From: Paramoeba atlantica
Taxonomy: Eukaryota; Protista; Discosea
Length of the DNA: 64,000 nt
NCBI GenBank assembly: GCA_977017575.1
Contig: CDRNVI010000056.1
Coordinates: forward strand, 124,001-188,000
Direction of reading: 5' to 3'
Shown here piece after piece: positions 59,174-64,000 of the stretch; position 1 is the stretch's first letter; each line of letters opens with the position of its first letter. The notes below the pieces were generated by a model that saw only the letters and a program-made list of their open reading frames with translations, had not been told where the DNA came from and searched no databases. The translations under genes and the position numbers were made by a program.

Positions 59174-59434
59174 TCATCGCCGGGTTCTGTATGAAGAACA
59201 ATACCCCAGATTAATGACTTCTATTCCACACGCAAGTTTGAAGCCCATGGGTAAGACCCGAGGCCGTAAAACCCGGCTCCCTATTCGTACGCAGCACGCG
59301 TTACCAAGTGCTGCAGATACGGGAATTTGATAATAATAATTTCGCACATCGGCGTGTAGGAAATATGTCTGTGTTTGTGAACAGTCGCCTAAGGAAACTA
59401 GTGCCCGAATTATAGTTACAAACCGGTGACACAC
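59174..59434 (-). pseudogene. Reverse transcriptase fragment (DIRS/LTR-type)
   Basis: FLHADVRNYYYQIPV...VLPMGF corresponds to RT motifs A and B. Confidence 0.75.
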
Positions 59435-60561
59435 TTTTTAACGCAATTTAATGTACGTTTTTTTAATTAACGTACTACCTAGTAGCATTAATTAACGTAA
59501 TACAGTTACCCCCCTTACTTCGCCTCCCCCCTTACTTCACCACAGTTAGTCACTGGACGTGTGGTGAAGTAAGGGGGATGTCAGATTTTTCCCCAGGCAA
59601 CTTACCACCTCTTTACACAGCCGGAAGGGTGCACTGCAACCGACCGTTACATCGGGGTAAGGCGAGGCAGAGCCCACGCCCAGTGGTCTTCAAAGGAGGG
59701 ACACAGATGGCACACAAAGATCGATGCACAAAGGTTCTTGGTGCAACTTTTTTGGTGAAGACGACGCTGTCATACCGGGATTTTAAACCACAGTCCGGTT
59801 TAACGTTCCGAGGGGGGATGTTAACGGCTACAGGAACTGCTAATGCTACTTTGCTGCAGGAATAATAACTTTTGAAGATTGTCTTGGGTTCATCGACGCA
59901 ACGGGTTGGTAGCAGCACGTTGTTGCCGCCTTGTACTAACGAAATCGGTAGAGGACTTCGGCCTCGAAACTTCCAAATCTACATGTATAAGTGAAGAGTC
60001 TGGCCTGCCAGTGACCGATCGGAGTAACCCGGAATGATTTAGATTTGTTGAACGATTTCTAATTCAGAACGATTTTCTTCCATGTGAGTTTCATCATCGC
60101 TTTGATCATAAAGTTGCGCCACAGCGTCTTGTAGTTCTTAAATTGGTGTTCAATAGGTTACGTTCTGCGACATTTAAATTTTACGATGTAGGAAATTTTC
60201 ATGGGGAGAAGGTTCAAAACGCATGGGACATCGTAGACAAGTTAAAAGAAACATAAAAGATAGAATGCAACACGAGGTATTACAACACTCAAGAAAAGGA
60301 AATTATGCTCAATGTCGATAGCATAGTGTACTTCAATAATTTGCGGATTTCCGAGAGAACCATAAATTGATCGAACTTTGAATCACTTATTCACCCCCCT
60401 TAGAGGGCTGAAACCACCTGTGTTTGCCTAGGTTTGCCTGGGTTTGCTAATTTTCAATATTGTATTAGGCAACTCATTTTCTTCCTTGGCGAAAAGCACA
60501 GTATATTCTTTAATGCTCTTTTCGCACAATAACTTATTTTTCTTAGATTCACCCAAAAAAA

Positions 60562-60732
60562 AATATTATTCATGATCTTTTGGCGGTTTTTCTTTTTTAG
60601 GCTTTTCGTTAAACGCGAAGGCAGTTTTAAACACGAAGCGCGCAGCATGAGTGACTTCTAAGTTGAAAACAACCACCGCATTTAACGAAGAGCCTAAAAA
60701 AGAAGAATCGCCAAAAGATCATGAATAATATT
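60562..60732 (+). repeat. Hairpin repeat family B, copy 5 (longest, about 170-bp palindrome)
   Basis: AATATTATTCATGATCTTTTGGCG ... CGCCAAAAGATCATGAATAATATT around the B core. Confidence 0.85.
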
Positions 60733-60733
60733 A

Positions 60734-60823
60734 CTGTGACCTTTTACAGAGGAAAAACATCAAACCCCCACTTTATACTTCGTTACTGTTCAAAATGGGC
60801 GAAGTATAAAGGGGGGATCACAG
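60734..60823. mobile_element. 90-bp mini-MITE remnant with TA flanks
   Basis: TA|CTGTGAC...TTTATACTTCG ... CGAAGTATAAAGGGGGGATCACAG|TA. Confidence 0.6.
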
Positions 60824-60942
60824 TAATATTAGTAGTTGATACTGAAAGTAATGCTAATTTCGTATGATTCGAACATTTCTTTAAGCGTACATGTAGAACA
60901 CTATTACCCTATTGTCGAACCCCCTACATGGACCCCGAACTA

Positions 60943-61240
60943 CCGTAGACCCCCCCCAGTAATAGAATCGATTTTGGGCCAAAATGGCCGAATCCTTGTT
61001 ACTGGGGGGGTATGCTTTTTGGGTGAGAAAGGACCTTTTTTATTCATGAGTTCGTTGACTTTCAGCACATCCAACCCCGCAACCACGCCATTCGCTCCCT
61101 CGCAACCGCCCTCACCCCGCCCAAACACCCCCTCCCTCCTGCAACGACCCTCCCGAGCCAAATCTTTGTTACTGGGGGTCAGCCGAAAAAGGGTCGAATC
61201 CCTTTTACTGGGGGGGGTCTATTACTAGGGGGCTCTACGG
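60943..61240. mobile_element. MITE family C, 298 bp, TA TSD, inverted relative to the 57035 copy
   Basis: TA|CCGTAGACCCCCCCCAGTAA ... TTACTAGGGGGCTCTACGG|TA. Confidence 0.85.
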
Positions 61241-61858
61241 TAGTCTCCGTACTCGCTCCCTACACACTTCCTGCACCCCCTGTACCCGACTGCACCCCCT
61301 AGACCCGACTTCCACCCCCTGGAACCCCCACCCGGATCCTCCAGCGAACTCCATAGCCGAAAAAACTCCAAGTACCATTGCCATTGGTCTCTCTTGGGAC
61401 CTGACTGGGTTTGCATTTTACTGGTTTCAGCCCTCTTACTTCACCACCCCCCTTACTTCACCAAAAAGTACGGGTTTTGGACCAAAAATTGGGGGCTAAG
61501 TAGGGGGGATAACGGTAACTCACGTAGAATTACGAAATTTGTTGAATTTTACTAAGAGAAAACTAAAATTCGGGCCGCTTCGCGGCGCGTGTATTTCAAG
61601 GGAATAAAGATAAAGGGTACCTTGAAGGGGACACTACATATTCCAAGTATAACGTAACATAACCACCACGCGGTGCAGTGTTTTTGAATCCCCCCTGATA
61701 GGCAGAATATGGCAGAATACGGCAGATTGAGCGACCGCCTCCCCTCTTTTTGTAAGTTTTATTCCATTTTTTGGAATCAAAAAGAAAGGAATTGGAATCG
61801 TCCATTTCATTTACATTTAGAGAGTAGTACTTTGAACTAACACTCGTACTTCGACACC

Positions 61859-62560
61859 ATGCAACGTGCCGTACGCGTGGCCGATGTCCCCTCTCGACCC
61901 AGTAAGGTGCGAAACGCGGTCCTCCCACAAGAATACAATATGTTTCGACTACTGAGTAACGCCAGTTTTTCTGAGGAATCATGGAACGAGAAAACGCCTG
62001 CTTGTGTGTGGAAACATGTGGAGTGTAGCGATGAGAGAGAGGTGACAAAGATACAATGGCGCAAATACGAAAGCGCATATGGAGACAAAGAGGAGAGAGT
62101 CTCTCTACAAGGTTCACTGCGATGGAATTTCCTACCCGACACTCTGATCTCCTTCGATGTTTCCTTGCAGGAGGTTTTGGAGGGGCACGTAGACTTGTCG
62201 ATACTACCGGCAAGATTGAAAAAGTTTGACATTGGTAGCAATCAGTTTAGCGGAAGTTTGGATTTAACGCATTTGCCGTCTACTCTGAAAGATTTGCGTT
62301 TGGGATGGAATCGTTTTGAAGGTGAAGTTGATCTTACACGCCTCCCCGATACTTTGAAAAATCTCGACCTGTGTCATAATAGTCTGTGCGGAAAACCTGA
62401 TCTCACAAAGCTTCCGAAGGCGCTAATGTGGGCCAGGCTCCTTGTCAACAATTTCGTCATACCTGACTTTATTCCGGAAGGTGTTCACATCAAGCCGTAT
62501 GTGAGTAGAAGACGACCCTGTGGATTCAATCCGTACAAAGTACGATATAACCATAAATGA
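61859..62560 (+). CDS. LRR-only protein (paralog 20)
   Basis: 233 aa; ADVPSRPSKVRNAVLPQEYNM, CVWKHVEC cap, charged insert, about 5 LRRs. Confidence 0.9.
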   Translation: MQRAVRVADVPSRPSKVRNAVLPQEYNMFRLLSNASFSEESWNEKTPACVWKHVECSDEREVTKIQWRKYESAYGDKEERVSLQGSLRWNFLPDTLISFDVSLQEVLEGHVDLSILPARLKKFDIGSNQFSGSLDLTHLPSTLKDLRLGWNRFEGEVDLTRLPDTLKNLDLCHNSLCGKPDLTKLPKALMWARLLVNNFVIPDFIPEGVHIKPYVSRRRPCGFNPYKVRYNHK

Positions 62561-63246
62561 TGTATTCTAGCTGTACGTGTACTCTACTTGTATTAAGAAG
62601 ACTAAGGCAGAAAGTTATTTCTTTTTCTAGTACTTGTAAATATTTTCTAGTAGTTGTAAATATTGTTTGAAGGCCAAATGGAGGATTTGCAATGTATGTT
62701 TTAAACGGAAGGGTGTGTGAAATAAAACTTTGAATAAAAAGTGGGATTGAACGAATAGTTGTTGTTGTTGTTGTTGGTAACAAGAGCGCCTGCAATCCCC
62801 ACATGCAAACGCCGCAAGTACCACTCCGGCTCCCGAAATTGTTCCGGGTACGGGGACGCAAGGCTCTCCTAGGTCCTTCACCAATGACAGAGAACACTCC
62901 GTAGTTAGCCTACCATGTGTCAATCCCACTGGGAGGGTTCCTGATCAAGCACGAGTGCCGCTTTTACGCTTTAGAGTAGTGTAGCTTTTATGTTTCGGAG
63001 GTTCTTCAATTAATTATGCATGTGTAAGCAAGGAATTTACGTAGTGAGACGTCTATGTCAATGTGTGAATGTAGATATTGTGTGGTATATAGAGCATGTA
63101 TTTGTGCACCCGCTCAGGAGAAAACAAAATTATTAAAGGATATTTTGTACAGTATAATGACATGCAGGACCGTAAGTGAAAGTATGAAAATAGCTGATGT
63201 CGTATTCTATTTTACGTTTGTATGCTCAGCGGATACCTAAATGTCT

Positions 63247-64000
63247 TCAGTCTCTTGATATGAATGTGAGGCCCTGTTCTGTGAAAAGTCTCCATGCTTT
63301 CTGCAAGCGTTTCCATGAATTGTACAATCTGAAGTTCAATTCATCACTAGAGAACATCCTTTTCAGACGAGTGCCTATGTCAGCTACATTTTCTTCTGTA
63401 GGTATATCACAAATGATGAGATTACCCGCAAAGCACTCATGCTGGCTGATGACCTCGTCCAAGGGATGCACACGAGAGTACCCCTTGTCAAAAGCACGAG
63501 AAGCCGCGAGATTGTCGCTTGCGATCACCATATTAGCGTATCCATGCTCGGTAGCCATGGTGATCGCTTGTGATATGGCTGTCGCTTCTGCAAGCGCAAT
63601 CGGCAGGTCGCACGACTGCTCGAGTAGGCGGTCCTTACAGATATTTCCGTTTTCCATAGGCCACACCGCCCAGCGAGAGGTGGTTGCATCAACCGCAGTG
63701 TAGAAAACACGTTTCTTGTATGTCAATCTGGAAAACATGGCCCAGTCCCGGGGCTTATTATTCATAGAAAGAACGCGACACATTCCTGCCTGTATCAGAG
63801 ACCGACATGGCTTATCAACCGGTACGCTCCAGTCGGAGATTTCGCCCAAGATACTTTGTTGCTTGGAAATTCGACCTAGATTTCTTGTCGCCACGCCCAG
63901 TATAGCGTAAGCATGGCGCAAGTAACCTGCGAATTGATACAGTTTCCTTGCAGATACAATATCCATACGGCCCGCTGCAAGTGCCCAACTCTTTACAATA
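63247..64000 (-). mobile_element. RT-connection plus RNase H of a DIRS/YR-like retrotransposon, cut by the window edge
   Basis: YTAVDATTSRW (D), IALAEATAI (E), IASDNLA (D), IPTEENVADIGTR (D); upstream RKLYQFAGYL. Confidence 0.8.

Larger units (their letters stand above)
60403..61435. mobile_element. PIF/Harbinger-type MITE with TTA TSD
   Basis: TTA|GAGGGCTGAAACCA ... TGGTTTCAGCCCTC|TTA. Removing it restores the host repeat ccccctTActtcacc. Confidence 0.88.
59503..61515. mobile_element. Tc1/pogo-like non-autonomous element hosting nested insertions
   Basis: TA|CAGTTACCCCCCTTACTT ... AAGTAGGGGGGATAACGG|TA; subterminal CCCCCTTACTTCACCA repeats. Confidence 0.75.

Noticed and set aside
60060-60360. 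Minus-strand LNLLP...PIEHQFKNY suggests a pogo DDE remnant inside the 59503-61515 element
   Set aside because: It is heavily decayed, so it is used only as weak context and not called as a feature.
2211-62241. Many antisense or overlapping ORFs over LRR genes (e.g. 2211-2543, 3528-4100, 5233-5640, 14233-14697, 61837-62241)
   Set aside because: They are shadow frames of repetitive LRR codons with no independent motifs.

Overview
Eukaryotic, apparently intronless DNA. It holds a one-strand array of about 20 paralogous LRR-only genes, all on +, with a plant-type LRRNT cap (WxxxxxxCxWxGVxC) and 24-aa LRRs. Most lack an obvious signal peptide, none has a TM/GPI tail, and a conserved basic leader R[P/L/R][G/S]KVRGxxLPQE precedes the cap. 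Between the genes lies a dense field of decayed mobile DNA: Tc1/mariner-type MITEs (TA TSD), Merlin/IS1595-like, hAT and PIF/Harbinger remnants, DIRS-like RT/RNase H, a PIF1-like helicase, a Ulp1-like protease fragment and a 2A-like peptide followed by zinc fingers. The most unexpected element is a bacterial-type IS30 transposase pseudogene bracketed by compound inverted repeats. One LRR gene sits in a near-identical 2.71-kb triple tandem repeat that creates two chimeric truncated copies. Two dispersed hairpin/fold-back repeat families and two unassigned dispersed protein families are also present. Almost all TE coding remnants lie antisense to the LRR array. Co-oriented intronless genes suggest a kinetoplastid-like genome, but this is inference. 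All calls were made by eye and no database search was run.
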